Source: Treponemataceae bacterium (lineage in GTDB: Bacteria; Spirochaetota; Spirochaetia; Treponematales; Rectinemataceae). Taken from it: 64,000 bases of DNA. Shown in pieces: positions 28,701-38,719 of this stretch. The DNA lies in contig CAXXGJ010000006.1 of assembly GCA_963677895.2 (NCBI GenBank), positions 288,001 through 352,000 of the forward strand, given 5' to 3'. A program made the translations under genes and the position numbers. A model generated the notes under the pieces. The model was not told where the DNA came from and searched no databases. It saw only the letters and a program-made list of their open reading frames with translations. Each line of letters opens with the position of its first letter. Positions within the stretch are counted from its first letter, which is position 1.

Positions 28701-29636
28701 ATGAAACGAGAACTGCCCGAGCAGCTGCGGTTCCTGGCGAGCAGGAAGGCGGTACAGAAAACCTGTGTGGAATCGATGAGGGGAAAGCGCTGCGTCATCA
28801 CCGGCTCCACTTCGGGCGTGGGCCTTCAGGCGCTGCGGCGCCTCGCCCAGGCTGGCGCCGATATCGTCATGGTCTGCCGCGACAAGGCGAAAGCGGAGGC
28901 GATCGCCGCTGAAGTCGCCGCCGCTTCCGCGGCGACCCTTCACCGGGTGCGCGTCGACATAGTGATCGCGGATTTCAGCGACTTGAGCCAGGTGAGGAAG
29001 GCAGCGGCCGAGATCCTCGAGCGCTGTCCGCGCATCGACGTCCTCATCAATTCGGCGGGGCTCCATTCGACGACGCGCAAGCTCACGCGCGAAGGTTTCG
29101 AGCTGGTGTTCTGCGTCAATCACCTCGCCTCCTTTCTCCTCACGAGCCTTCTCCTTGACCGGCTCAAGGAGAGCGCTCCTTCGCGCATTATTCAGGTGAA
29201 TTCCGAGGGGCACCGCTTCGGCGGCCTGGACCTGGACGATCTCGACTGGAGCAAGCGACGTTATGCGGGATTGAAAGGCTACGGCTCTTCAAAAATCGCG
29301 CAACTTCTCACCGTCTGGGAATTCGACGATCGGCTTCGGGGCAGCGGCGTCACCATCAACGCGGTTCATCCCGGGGATGTGCGCACCAATATCGGCAACA
29401 ACAACGGCCCGCTCTACAGGCTTTTCAAGAACACGGTCATATGGCTGATGCTCAAGGATCCCGTCATTTCGGGGGAAGCCCTGTACTGGCTCGCGGCGTC
29501 CGGGGAAGCGGGAAAAGTCAGCGGGAAATTCTTCCATCTGACGGTGGAGGAAAAACCCACCGAGACGGCGCTGAACCGCGATCTGGGCAAAAGAGTCTGG
29601 GAGATTAGCAGAACCTTGACCAGTCTGGACGTTTAG
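28701..29636 (+). CDS. SDR oxidoreductase, retinol-dehydrogenase-like
   Basis: TGSTSGVG, LINSAG, VNHLASFLLT, YGSSK, VHPGDVRT. Confidence 0.92.
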   Translation: MKRELPEQLRFLASRKAVQKTCVESMRGKRCVITGSTSGVGLQALRRLAQAGADIVMVCRDKAKAEAIAAEVAAASAATLHRVRVDIVIADFSDLSQVRKAAAEILERCPRIDVLINSAGLHSTTRKLTREGFELVFCVNHLASFLLTSLLLDRLKESAPSRIIQVNSEGHRFGGLDLDDLDWSKRRYAGLKGYGSSKIAQLLTVWEFDDRLRGSGVTINAVHPGDVRTNIGNNNGPLYRLFKNTVIWLMLKDPVISGEALYWLAASGEAGKVSGKFFHLTVEEKPTETALNRDLGKRVWEISRTLTSLDV

Positions 29637-29644
29637 GCTGGCGG

Positions 29645-31276
29645 CTACTTCCGCAGGTCCTTTATGATCCTGTCTGAAGCCAGCTTGCCCGTCAGGATGG
29701 AGATGGGCAGTCCCGAAGGGCTGAACGACCACTGGCCGGCCTGGTAGACGCCGGGAATGGGAGTCAGGACCGAGCGGGCGACCGATGGGAGGCTGTGCAC
29801 GGCTGGCATGCTATCATTGGTGAATGCCCAGCCGGTGATGGCCCCGTCGGTATTCCCCGTGATCGCCTCGATGGTCAGCGGCGTCGAGGTGAAGCTGTCG
29901 AGCACGGCGGCCTTCAGTCCGGGGAAGATCGCCGTTTCCAGCACCTCCACGATGCGGGCCGCGCAGAAATCCTTGAATTCATCGTACCAACCCAGATCCC
30001 TGAAATGTCTGACCAAGGAATAATCCATGAGCGAACTGATGATGAGCCCCGTCTTTCCCTCAGGCGCCAGGCTTGGATCCCTCAGGGCAGGGCAGGATAT
30101 CTCGTAGGTGGTGCGGTCCAGGTAGCGCCCGAGCCAGTCGAAGAGCTTCTGCCTGTCTCCCGTCAGGGAGGGCTGGCTTGCGGAGACCGCTTCGCCGGGG
30201 ACCTCGAGCTCCGCCCAGAGGACCGTTGAGAGGCCTTTCGTAAGGGGCGTGTAGAAGAAATGGGCGCTGGCGATCCGCGAAAAATAGTCGGGCGGGAGAT
30301 CCAGGGCTAAATTGAGCGTGAAGATTGAATCGCCTCCGCGCTTGTTCGCCACTTCGATGGCTTTGTCCTCGATGCTTTTTTTCGCCTTGGCGGGGAGGCC
30401 GCTTTCTCCGATCTTTTTCAGATCGAGACAGCGGTAGAGCGCCCTGCAGTCGGCCGCCCAGACCAGCCTCCCGTACGAATGCTCGATGCCTCTGGAATCC
30501 CGGATCTTGCCCGCGACGGGATCGAGGCCAGTCACTTCGGTCTCTTTCATGATCTCCCCGCCATGGGCGAGAATGTATTCCTCAAGCTTCGCGGGCAGGG
30601 CGCCCGTCCCTCCCCTGGGATATTTATAATCCAGGTAGAGGCTAAAATAGCTCAAGGCGAAGAAGGTGGGCGTCTTCCTGAAGAAGTGCTGGCCGAACAT
30701 ATCGATGAGAGGCTGGCTGGAAGTGAATCCCGCGAGGTATTCGTCCACGGGCATGGCGAGCCGGCCGACCTTGGGCATGGTTCGGATATACTTGATCATC
30801 CAGGGCAGAATAGTCTTGAAGACGTATTGGGGGTCACTCTTGAGGTCGAGGAAGAGCGGATTGTCGATGCCGTACAGCACGTCCATGTACTCCATCACCC
30901 TGGCGATTTCGCCTATGATGGCCTTCACGTCGGCTTGATTGTCCGGAAACTTGCGGCAGAGAAGGTCGCTGTAGTCCTTCAGGCTTTCGTCGGACGACAG
31001 CTTGACGATCTCGTCGCCAAAACCAATCGACACGGCGCTCGGGAGAAAGTCGAGGTCTATCCCGAGCCGCTTCAGCATCGGGAGGACAATGCCGGAATTT
31101 TCTATGGCGCGGATCCCGCCGTCGAAGGTGAAGCCGCCGCGGTTAAAGGAAGTGACGAGGCCGCCGATGTTCTTTTCTTTTTCAAGGAGGATCGTTCCGA
31201 GGCCGGCCTTGCACAGGAAGGCCGCGGCGGTGAGGCCCGCCATCCCGCCGCCCACGATCACTACGTCATGCCGCAT
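29645..31276 (-). CDS. Phytoene-desaturase-family FAD oxidoreductase
   Basis: VGGGMAGL, GFTFDGG, YPRGG, TPLT, GAITGW, YQAGQW. Confidence 0.88.
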   Translation of the reverse strand: MRHDVVIVGGGMAGLTAAAFLCKAGLGTILLEKEKNIGGLVTSFNRGGFTFDGGIRAIENSGIVLPMLKRLGIDLDFLPSAVSIGFGDEIVKLSSDESLKDYSDLLCRKFPDNQADVKAIIGEIARVMEYMDVLYGIDNPLFLDLKSDPQYVFKTILPWMIKYIRTMPKVGRLAMPVDEYLAGFTSSQPLIDMFGQHFFRKTPTFFALSYFSLYLDYKYPRGGTGALPAKLEEYILAHGGEIMKETEVTGLDPVAGKIRDSRGIEHSYGRLVWAADCRALYRCLDLKKIGESGLPAKAKKSIEDKAIEVANKRGGDSIFTLNLALDLPPDYFSRIASAHFFYTPLTKGLSTVLWAELEVPGEAVSASQPSLTGDRQKLFDWLGRYLDRTTYEISCPALRDPSLAPEGKTGLIISSLMDYSLVRHFRDLGWYDEFKDFCAARIVEVLETAIFPGLKAAVLDSFTSTPLTIEAITGNTDGAITGWAFTNDSMPAVHSLPSVARSVLTPIPGVYQAGQWSFSPSGLPISILTGKLASDRIIKDLRK

Positions 31277-31291
31277 GCTGCCCCCGATCGC

Positions 31292-31341
31292 TTACAGATA
31301 TTGCTGTAAATGCATGATACAATATATAGAAGCAAAGTCAA
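31292..31341 (-). promoter_or_regulatory. Sigma70-type promoter with an inverted repeat at the start site
   Basis: TTGACT-16 nt-TATCAT (31341-31314); TTACAG-N6-CTGTAA (31292-31309). Confidence 0.55.
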
Positions 31342-31449
31342 CCGAAGCCTTTTCTCGAAAAGGCTTGCCTTGAATGCCCGCGGATTTGGGCATACGCTGC
31401 TGGCGCGGGTTTCATGCCCGCCGCGCATCCGATCGGCAGAAGGATAACC

Positions 31450-32112
31450 ATGAGAAAAGCGAATATCGTTGTAGTGCTTTTGGCGACGCTCGCCGTCGCG
31501 AGCGGATGCGCGTCAGGAGAAAAGAGCGGAACCGCTGATGTCGTTTCGAGCCCGAGCGCGTCCGGAAAGGAAATGCCCGCGATAACGGATTCGCTCAAGC
31601 CGGTTGGCGACGGCGCGCGGACGCTCGTCGTCTACTTTTCTCAAGGGGCGGCGACCAGAAGCGTGGCCGAGGACTTCGGCATTCTTTTGGGCGCCGATAT
31701 GGAGCCTATCGTCGAGAAAAAGACCAGATCGACGGGGCTGTTCAACTTCATGCGCTCCGGATATCAGGCAACGTTTAAAATCGCGAGTCCCATCGTTTCT
31801 CCCGTTCGGGACCCCTCCTCCTATGACAGAGTGATCGTTCTAACGCCGGTATGGTCGTGGAACCTCTGTCCGCCGGTGCGCTCCTGGCTCAGGCTCATGA
31901 AAGGAAAGCTCCCCGCCGCCGCCTTCGTGACGGTTTCGGGCGATACCGACCCCGACAAGATCGTCGCGGCCATGGCAAAAGAATCGGGAACCGAACCCCG
32001 CGCCGTCGCCGGCTTCCGCGACAAGGATTTCCTTCCGGAAAACCGCGGCGTTTACGTCGGGAAAATCGCGGACCTCTGTATGGCTGGTTTCGGCATAGCG
32101 GGCCTGCGATGA
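31450..32112 (+). CDS. Flavodoxin-like lipoprotein
   Basis: Lipobox VASG-C; LVVYFSQGAAT, YDRVIVLTPVW. Confidence 0.75.
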   Translation: MRKANIVVVLLATLAVASGCASGEKSGTADVVSSPSASGKEMPAITDSLKPVGDGARTLVVYFSQGAATRSVAEDFGILLGADMEPIVEKKTRSTGLFNFMRSGYQATFKIASPIVSPVRDPSSYDRVIVLTPVWSWNLCPPVRSWLRLMKGKLPAAAFVTVSGDTDPDKIVAAMAKESGTEPRAVAGFRDKDFLPENRGVYVGKIADLCMAGFGIAGLR

Positions 32113-34349
32113 GCCCAATACGGTCGGAAAGCATGAAAGCGATACTGATCCAGCCGCCCTTCACCCAGCTCAACGCGCCTTATCCGGCGGTTCATTGCCT
32201 CGAAGCCTTTCTCCGCGGCCGAGGCGCGTCGGCCGTCTCCTATGACCATTCGATCGATCTCTACCGCCGCGTTTTTTCGAGGAAGGGGCTGACGAAAGTG
32301 TTCGCCGACGCGCGCGCGGCTCTCGAAGCCCGGGCCGTCCCGGAAAACGAAAACTCGAGGACGCAGGTCGAGCGCTACCTTTCCTATGAAAGGCTTTACA
32401 TCGAATGGATCGACGGAATCACGAGCTTTCTCTCGGGAAGCGATCCCGCCATGGCGCATCGCCTGGCTTCGGCGGTCGAACTGCCTCAGGGCGCGCGGGC
32501 CCAGGCTTTCCTGGATGAGCGCGACGGGCGGATCGGTCCCGACGAGGCCCGTTCGCTCGCCACCCGCATCCTCGACGACCTCGGGGACTTCATCTCCTAC
32601 GCGCTCGATCCTGACTTCGGCACGGTGCGCTATGCCGAACGCCTCGCCTCCAGCCGCGCCGACTTCGGCGAGGTTCGCCGCGCGCTCGATTCGTCGTGGC
32701 TCATAAGCGAATTCTATGTACCGATGCTCGAGGAGTTCTGGACGGCGCGCGCGGCAGAGGCTTCCCGGGAACCCATCGATCTCATCCTCATAACCATACC
32801 TTTCCCCGGCTGCCTCATCGGAGCCTTGGCCTGCGCGCGGGTCGCGCGCGGGATTTTCGGCGCTCAGGGCCCGAGCCCGCGCATTGTCTTCGGCGGCGGC
32901 TATGTCTCCACGGAACTGCGAGGCCTTCGCGATACGGGCATTTTCGACTTCTGCGACTTTCTCTCCTTCGACGCGGGCTACGGGAGCCTCGCTTCCATAA
33001 TAGACCAGGTTCCGGCGCCCTATAAAACCATGACGCGCCGCGGCGATGATATCCTTTTCAACGACGGCGCGTCGGAGGAGAAGTACAGGCTTCTGGAGCG
33101 CGAGGCCGTGACCACGGTATTCCCCGATTTCCGCAGCGTCGATTTCAGCGCCTACCTGAGGATCGTCGACTCCGAGAACCCGATGCACCGGCTCTGGTCG
33201 GATACGCCATGGCTCAAATACAGCCTCGCGCACGGCTGTTATTGGCGGCGCTGCTCCTTCTGCGATACCGAACTCGAGTATGTCTCGGACTTCGCGCGCT
33301 CCAGCACCCAAGCCCTGCTCGCCGCTGCCGGCGAGGCAAGCGCCCGCAGCGGCCTCTATGGCATACACTTCGTGGACGAGGCCATGCCCATGGCCTCCCT
33401 CCTCGACTTCGCGCGCGCTAATCGCGCGCGCGCTTCCGGCGGCGAGCGACCCTTCTCCTTCTGGGGAAATGTCCGCTTCGATGCCTCGTGGACGCAGGGA
33501 CGCTGCGAATTCCTGGCCGCCTCGGGGCTCGTCGCCGTTTCGGGCGGGATCGAGATCGCGACCGAGCGCGGACTCCGCATGACCGACAAGGGCTTCGACC
33601 TGGCGAGCCTCGTCCGGACCCTCGTCGCGATGCGGCGGGCCGGTCTCCTCGTGCACACGTATCTGATCTACGGTTTTCCGGGACAGCCGGTCGGCGACAT
33701 CGTCGACTCGGCGGAGTTCTGCCGCCAGCTCTTCGCCTCGGGCCTCGTGGATTCCGCCTTCTGGCATCGCTTCGTGCTCACGAGACATTCGCGCATGTAC
33801 CGGGAGTGGCGGGACGGAAAGCGGCAGGCGCTCAAGCCTTCGGACAAGCCCTGGCGTTTCGCCAACAACGACCTGTCCTTCGCGGGAGAAGAAGCCTTCG
33901 ACCGTTTCGACGCGCCCCTCGCGGCGGCCCTCTCATCCTGGATGGAGGGCAGCGGACTGGACATGCCCGTATCGACCTGGCTCGGCAGAGGCCTTCCCAA
34001 GGCATCCATCTCCCCCGACCTCGCGGAAACGCTCATCGCTTCGGCCGAGGAAACCCTCGACGCGAACCGACCCGCGCAGAAGGCGAACGCGCATTGGGTT
34101 GCGGGCCTGCCGATGGTGAAAGCCGCGGGGCGGGATGCGGGTCCAGACGCGGCGCGTCTGACCTGGGCTTATCGCGGAGAACTGCGATCCCTGGAGCTTT
34201 CCCTCGACCTCGCGAGGGCGACCTCCGCGATCCTCTCTTCCCCGACCCTCGCCATTCAGGGCAGACCATACGCCGATCTGGAAGCCGAGCTCGCCCTGCC
34301 GCCGGAATTCATGGCCGAGCTGCTCTCGGCAGGCCTCGTCGTCGTGTAG
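32109..34349 (+). CDS. B12-binding-domain radical SAM protein
   Basis: PPFTQLNAPYPA, FGGGY, HGCYWRRCSFC (CxxxCxxC), HFVDEA, YLIYGFP; start at 32109 or 32133. Confidence 0.9.
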   Translation: MSPIRSESMKAILIQPPFTQLNAPYPAVHCLEAFLRGRGASAVSYDHSIDLYRRVFSRKGLTKVFADARAALEARAVPENENSRTQVERYLSYERLYIEWIDGITSFLSGSDPAMAHRLASAVELPQGARAQAFLDERDGRIGPDEARSLATRILDDLGDFISYALDPDFGTVRYAERLASSRADFGEVRRALDSSWLISEFYVPMLEEFWTARAAEASREPIDLILITIPFPGCLIGALACARVARGIFGAQGPSPRIVFGGGYVSTELRGLRDTGIFDFCDFLSFDAGYGSLASIIDQVPAPYKTMTRRGDDILFNDGASEEKYRLLEREAVTTVFPDFRSVDFSAYLRIVDSENPMHRLWSDTPWLKYSLAHGCYWRRCSFCDTELEYVSDFARSSTQALLAAAGEASARSGLYGIHFVDEAMPMASLLDFARANRARASGGERPFSFWGNVRFDASWTQGRCEFLAASGLVAVSGGIEIATERGLRMTDKGFDLASLVRTLVAMRRAGLLVHTYLIYGFPGQPVGDIVDSAEFCRQLFASGLVDSAFWHRFVLTRHSRMYREWRDGKRQALKPSDKPWRFANNDLSFAGEEAFDRFDAPLAAALSSWMEGSGLDMPVSTWLGRGLPKASISPDLAETLIASAEETLDANRPAQKANAHWVAGLPMVKAAGRDAGPDAARLTWAYRGELRSLELSLDLARATSAILSSPTLAIQGRPYADLEAELALPPEFMAELLSAGLVVV

Positions 34350-34369
34350 CGGTGAACAACGCTCCTTTC

Positions 34370-34386
34370 TTTATATAAAATTTACG
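34370..34386 (+). promoter_or_regulatory. KdpE-type binding site
   Basis: TTTATA-TAAAA-TTTACG, same geometry as the E. coli kdpFABC site TTTATA-N5-TTTACA. Confidence 0.65.
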
Positions 34387-34449
34387 GTGGGCCTCAAAAA
34401 ACCTCCACCATCTTTATATCGCCCTCGCTAAAGTAAGCGTCGAACACTC

Positions 34450-35937
34450 ATGAACTTCCAATTATCCGGCACAAAGGCCGAAGGGTATCAACTTGTCGCG
34501 GGCTATCTCGGCGCGGCGGCGATGGCGGCGGGCGCCGTCGTCCTGCTTCCACTCCTGTTTCTGTTGGCTTTTCCGGAAGAAATGCCCTACGCCGTCGATT
34601 TCATCGCTCCGGGCGTCGCGAGCATTACGATCGGATACCTCCTCCTGCTGTTCATCAAAGGCAAGAGCAGAAGCCAGCTCCGCAAGCACCAGGACTCGGT
34701 CGTCATCGCGGCCTCATGGATCATCGCGATCCTGGTTTCCGCTGTGCCGTTCATCATGACGGGCCGATACGATTTCCCTCATGCGATTTTCGAAGCCGCG
34801 AGCGGATATACCGCGACGGGGCTCACGGTCGTCGACGTCGAACAGAGTCCGAAAATCTTTCTCGCCTTCAGGAGCATCATGCTCTATTTCGGCGCCGTCG
34901 GCTTCGTGCTCGTGATGACTTCCGTTCTCTCGGATCGCTATGGAATGCGCCTCTACACCGCCACCGGACACAACGACAGGCTCATTCCCAACCTCATCGC
35001 GTCGATGCGGACCGTGTCGGCCATCTACGCCGGATACATCGCGTCGGGCACGGTACTCTATCTTGTTTTCGGCATGAGCTGGTTCGACGCGCTGAATCAC
35101 TCGATCGCGGCGCTTTCCACGGGAGGCTTCTCCACGAAAGCCCAGAGCATCGGGGCCTATGACAGCTTCCCTATCGAAATCGTCACGATGGTCCTGATGC
35201 TTCTCGGTTCCACGAACTTCTTCGTCCACCTTCTTATCATCAAGGGCAAATTCTCAGGCTGGCTTCGGCACTGCGAGACGAAGCTTTCCCTCGTTCTCAT
35301 CGGCCTCGCCGCGCCTCTGATCTGCGCGCTCCTTCTGGGAGGGGTCGCCAAGGACCTGTCGCGAGCCGCCAGACTAGCGCTTTTCCAGACGGTGTCTGCC
35401 CTGACTACCACGGGATTCCGGACGACCAGCGATTTCGCGGCTTGGCCTTCTTCGGCGCTCTTCATTCTGATAGTATTGATGCTGGTCGGCGGTGGCGCGG
35501 GATCGGCCTCCGGAGGCATCAAGCAGGCAAGGATAACGATTCTTCTCAAGTCCGCGCTCCGGAACCTGCGGCAAAAATTCAACGACAGGAGAATCGTCGC
35601 GCCCGATACCATCCACGCCCTGGGCGGGAAAATCGCCATAAGCGACGAGGACAAGACCCAGGCGGGCTTGTTCGCCCTCGTTTATCTCGCCATATTCGCC
35701 ATGGGTACGCTCGCTTATTGTTTTTTCGGCTATTCGATACAGGATTCGGCCTTCGAGTTCGCGTCGGCCCTGGGGACGGTCGGGTTTTCGACAGGCATAA
35801 CCGGCCCTGCCTCTTCGTCCGGCGTCCTATGGGTGGGAATCGCCGGAATGCTGCTGGGGCGACTGGAAATCTATGTCGTATTCATGGGGTTCGCGCGAAT
35901 CGCCAAAGATGCCGCCGACGCGATTCATGGAAGGTAA
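34450..35937 (+). CDS. trkH: TrkH-family potassium uptake protein
   Basis: Four pore loops SGYTATG, ALSTGGF, ALTTTGF, ALGTVG; MLLGRLE. Confidence 0.92.
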   Translation: MNFQLSGTKAEGYQLVAGYLGAAAMAAGAVVLLPLLFLLAFPEEMPYAVDFIAPGVASITIGYLLLLFIKGKSRSQLRKHQDSVVIAASWIIAILVSAVPFIMTGRYDFPHAIFEAASGYTATGLTVVDVEQSPKIFLAFRSIMLYFGAVGFVLVMTSVLSDRYGMRLYTATGHNDRLIPNLIASMRTVSAIYAGYIASGTVLYLVFGMSWFDALNHSIAALSTGGFSTKAQSIGAYDSFPIEIVTMVLMLLGSTNFFVHLLIIKGKFSGWLRHCETKLSLVLIGLAAPLICALLLGGVAKDLSRAARLALFQTVSALTTTGFRTTSDFAAWPSSALFILIVLMLVGGGAGSASGGIKQARITILLKSALRNLRQKFNDRRIVAPDTIHALGGKIAISDEDKTQAGLFALVYLAIFAMGTLAYCFFGYSIQDSAFEFASALGTVGFSTGITGPASSSGVLWVGIAGMLLGRLEIYVVFMGFARIAKDAADAIHGR

Positions 35938-35938
35938 T

Positions 35939-37408
35939 ATGGATCATAAGCACAGCGCCATGGCCAAGCACGCCGCCGAGACCTTCGGCATCCTTCTCCT
36001 CTCCACCCTCGTGGCCTTTCTCATCCGAAGCCTCAATCTGCGGGTCGAGAACATCCTCATAATCTACGTGCTCAGCATCCTGATCATCGTCATCGAGACG
36101 AAACGCTACATTTGGGGCGTCCTCTCCTCCTTCTTCTGCATATTCACCTTCAACTATTTTTTCACCGAACCGCTGCATACATTCACGATCGACGACCCGT
36201 CCTATTTCGTCTCCCTGGGAATCTTCCTGATCTCGGCTTTCATCGTCTCCACGCTCACGTCGAGACTCCAGAGCCAGATCGCCATTTCCGCGCGCAACGA
36301 GGAAATGACCGACAAGCTTTATAAAGTCAGCAACGGCTACCTGAATATTTCCGAAAAAGATGAAATCGTCGCCTACGGCGAAAAAAGCATCACCATGCTC
36401 ATCGGCAAACCTTGCGCCATTTTCTACGGCGAAGCTTCTGCCCTCGCCGATCCCGAGGCTGCCGCCTGCTATGCGAAAAAGCCCGCCGAAAGCGTGGAAG
36501 GCTATGGTCCCATGATCGCCGGGAAGCGCTTCATCCCCGTCATGAACCAGAACAAGACCGTGGGTGTGCTCAAGATCGACTGCTCGGAAGGCGACATCGC
36601 CAAGGACGAAAGACTCTATCTCGAAACCATACTTTCCCAGTTCGTCATGGCCATGGAGCGCGAGGAACTGCATCAGGCGGAGGAACGCCATCGCATCAAC
36701 ATCGAAAAAGAACGATTGAGAAACAATTTATTGAGAAGCATTTCCCACGATCTTCGGACTCCCCTCACCGCGATCGCGGGAGGTTCGGAATTCCTGCTCG
36801 ACCGCAGCCGGGACATAGACGAGGAAACGAAACGGAGCCTGCTCGCCGATATCCATTCGGACGCGGTCTGGCTCGGAACCATGGTCGAGAACCTCCTCAA
36901 CATGGCCCGCATCCAGGAGGGGAAGCTCATCATCAAGAAACAAGCCGAGATCGTGGACGATATCGTGAGCGAGGCATTATCGAGGGTGGCCAAGAATATC
37001 GGGCAGCACCGTCTTTCCTACATTCCCTCCCAGGGCATCCTTCTCGTTCCCCTGGATGGGCAGCTCATCATCCAGGTGCTGATAAATCTCCTCAACAACG
37101 CTATCGAACACACGAAGGCCAACTGCCATATCGTCGTGAAGGTCGAACAGCGACAGGACAATGTGGAGTTTTCGGTTTCCGATGACGGGGGAGGGATGGA
37201 AAAGGAAGTCCTGGACCACCTGTTCGAGAGTTTCGGGACGTCGGGAAAGAACGCGGCGGAGAGCAGGAAAGGCGCGGGGCTGGGCTTGAGCATCTGCAAA
37301 GCCACGATTCTGGCGCATGGGGGCTCCATAACGGGCATGAACAACGCCGAGGGCGGAGCCACTTTCTCTTTTTCTCTCCCTATTACAGAGGAGGAAAGCC
37401 GTGGATGA
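35939..37408 (+). CDS. kdpD: Short KdpD-like sensor histidine kinase (DUF4118 + HisKA + HATPase)
   Basis: FNYFFTEP, EKERLRNNLLRSISHDLRTPLT, GLGLSICK; no N-terminal KdpD or Usp domain. Confidence 0.85.
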   Translation: MDHKHSAMAKHAAETFGILLLSTLVAFLIRSLNLRVENILIIYVLSILIIVIETKRYIWGVLSSFFCIFTFNYFFTEPLHTFTIDDPSYFVSLGIFLISAFIVSTLTSRLQSQIAISARNEEMTDKLYKVSNGYLNISEKDEIVAYGEKSITMLIGKPCAIFYGEASALADPEAAACYAKKPAESVEGYGPMIAGKRFIPVMNQNKTVGVLKIDCSEGDIAKDERLYLETILSQFVMAMEREELHQAEERHRINIEKERLRNNLLRSISHDLRTPLTAIAGGSEFLLDRSRDIDEETKRSLLADIHSDAVWLGTMVENLLNMARIQEGKLIIKKQAEIVDDIVSEALSRVAKNIGQHRLSYIPSQGILLVPLDGQLIIQVLINLLNNAIEHTKANCHIVVKVEQRQDNVEFSVSDDGGGMEKEVLDHLFESFGTSGKNAAESRKGAGLGLSICKATILAHGGSITGMNNAEGGATFSFSLPITEEESRG

Positions 37409-38093
37409 AGAAAGAGTCCTGATCATAGAGGATGATAAAAGCATACAGAACCTGTTGAGAATATCGCTCAAAGCCAGCGGCTATCGCTGCGATACGGCTG
37501 AGTCGGGCCTTTCCGGCATCTCGCTTTTTCTCGCCAACAACCCGGGCATCATCCTCCTGGATCTTGGCCTGCCCGACATCGATGGTTCCGAAGTGCTAGC
37601 CCAGATACGGATGCGTTCGCGGGTTCCCGTCATCGTCATATCGGCGCGGGATCAGGAGAGGGAGAAGGTAGTGGCTCTGGATGCGGGAGCCGACGATTAC
37701 ATCACCAAGCCATTCAACATCCCGGAACTCCTGGCGAGGATTCGCGTAGCGCTCAGGCACGCCGTTCCTCGGGATATCGAACCGACCATATTCTCCATCG
37801 GCGGGCTTTTCATCGATTTTGAGCGGCGCGTCGTGACGGTAGACGGGAAGGATGTGCATTTGACCCCCATCGAGTACAGACTTCTTGCCCTTCTCGCCGA
37901 GCATTCTGGCAAGGTCTTGACCCATCAGTTCATACAGAAAAAGGTATGGGGCTACGAAACGACCGATGAATATCAATCCCTGAGAGTTTTCATGGCCAAT
38001 ATACGAAGGAAAATAGAACCGGAGAGTTCGCATCCGCTCTACATTCTGACGGAAATCGGCATCGGCTATAGATTGGTCGAAGAGTTGACCTGA
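37401..38093 (+). CDS. kdpE: KdpE-like response regulator
   Basis: LLDLGLPDIDG, KVVALDAGADDYITKPF, HLTPIEY, LRVFMANIRRKIE. Confidence 0.9.
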   Translation: MDEERVLIIEDDKSIQNLLRISLKASGYRCDTAESGLSGISLFLANNPGIILLDLGLPDIDGSEVLAQIRMRSRVPVIVISARDQEREKVVALDAGADDYITKPFNIPELLARIRVALRHAVPRDIEPTIFSIGGLFIDFERRVVTVDGKDVHLTPIEYRLLALLAEHSGKVLTHQFIQKKVWGYETTDEYQSLRVFMANIRRKIEPESSHPLYILTEIGIGYRLVEELT

Positions 38094-38114
38094 AGGATAT
38101 TCAGAGGAAAAGGC

Positions 38115-38378
38115 ATGAAGCAAATCTTTAAAATCACGTTTCCGAACAACAAAATCTACATCGGAAAAGATTTGACCGGAACACTGACATATTTCGGGAG
38201 CTTCGATCCGCACTATGTAAAGGCGGACTACAAGAATGTCAAAACTCCCCACTTTACCTTAAAAAAAGAGATTCTATGGGAATCGGAAACGGCGGACGAC
38301 GAGGATGTGGCCCAAAGGGAAGCCGCTTATATCCGGATATTCGATTCGGATAATCCCAAGATAGGATATAACCGATAG
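38115..38378 (+). CDS. Stand-alone GIY-YIG nuclease family protein
   Basis: IFKITFPNNKIYIG, YFGS, REAAYI, GYN. Confidence 0.75.
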   Translation: MKQIFKITFPNNKIYIGKDLTGTLTYFGSFDPHYVKADYKNVKTPHFTLKKEILWESETADDEDVAQREAAYIRIFDSDNPKIGYNR

Positions 38379-38391
38379 GGATGATGATAAT

Positions 38392-38423
38392 AAAAAAGCC
38401 GTTCCCGAAGGAGCGGCTTTTTT
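38392..38423. terminator. Bidirectional intrinsic terminator
   Basis: AAAAAAGCCGTTCC-CGAA-GGAGCGGCTTTTTT. Confidence 0.9.
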
Positions 38424-38446
38424 CACAGCGCTAAGACTTTAGGGTC

Positions 38447-38719
38447 TTAGTAGCGGTCGTTGCTGCGGCGGGGCTTGTCCATGGCTTCGTTCACTTTGAT
38501 CTGGCGACCATCGAGATCGATACCATTGGTACCATTGATTGCTGCGCTGGCTTCATTGTCCGAACCCATTTCCACAAAGCCGAAGCCTTTGGAAACGCCG
38601 GTGTCACGGTCAGAGATGATTTTCGCCGAAGCGACAGTACCGTAAGTCTGAAAAAGATTTCGAAGGCTGTCCTCAGAAGTATTGTAGCTCAGATTCCCGA
38701 CATAAATTTTCTTGCCCAA
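38447..38719 (-). CDS. RRM RNA-binding protein
   Basis: RNP2 IYVGNL, RNP1 KGFGFVEM; TTG start after GGAGGAA. Confidence 0.93.
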   Translation of the reverse strand: MGKKIYVGNLSYNTSEDSLRNLFQTYGTVASAKIISDRDTGVSKGFGFVEMGSDNEASAAINGTNGIDLDGRQIKVNEAMDKPRRSNDRY

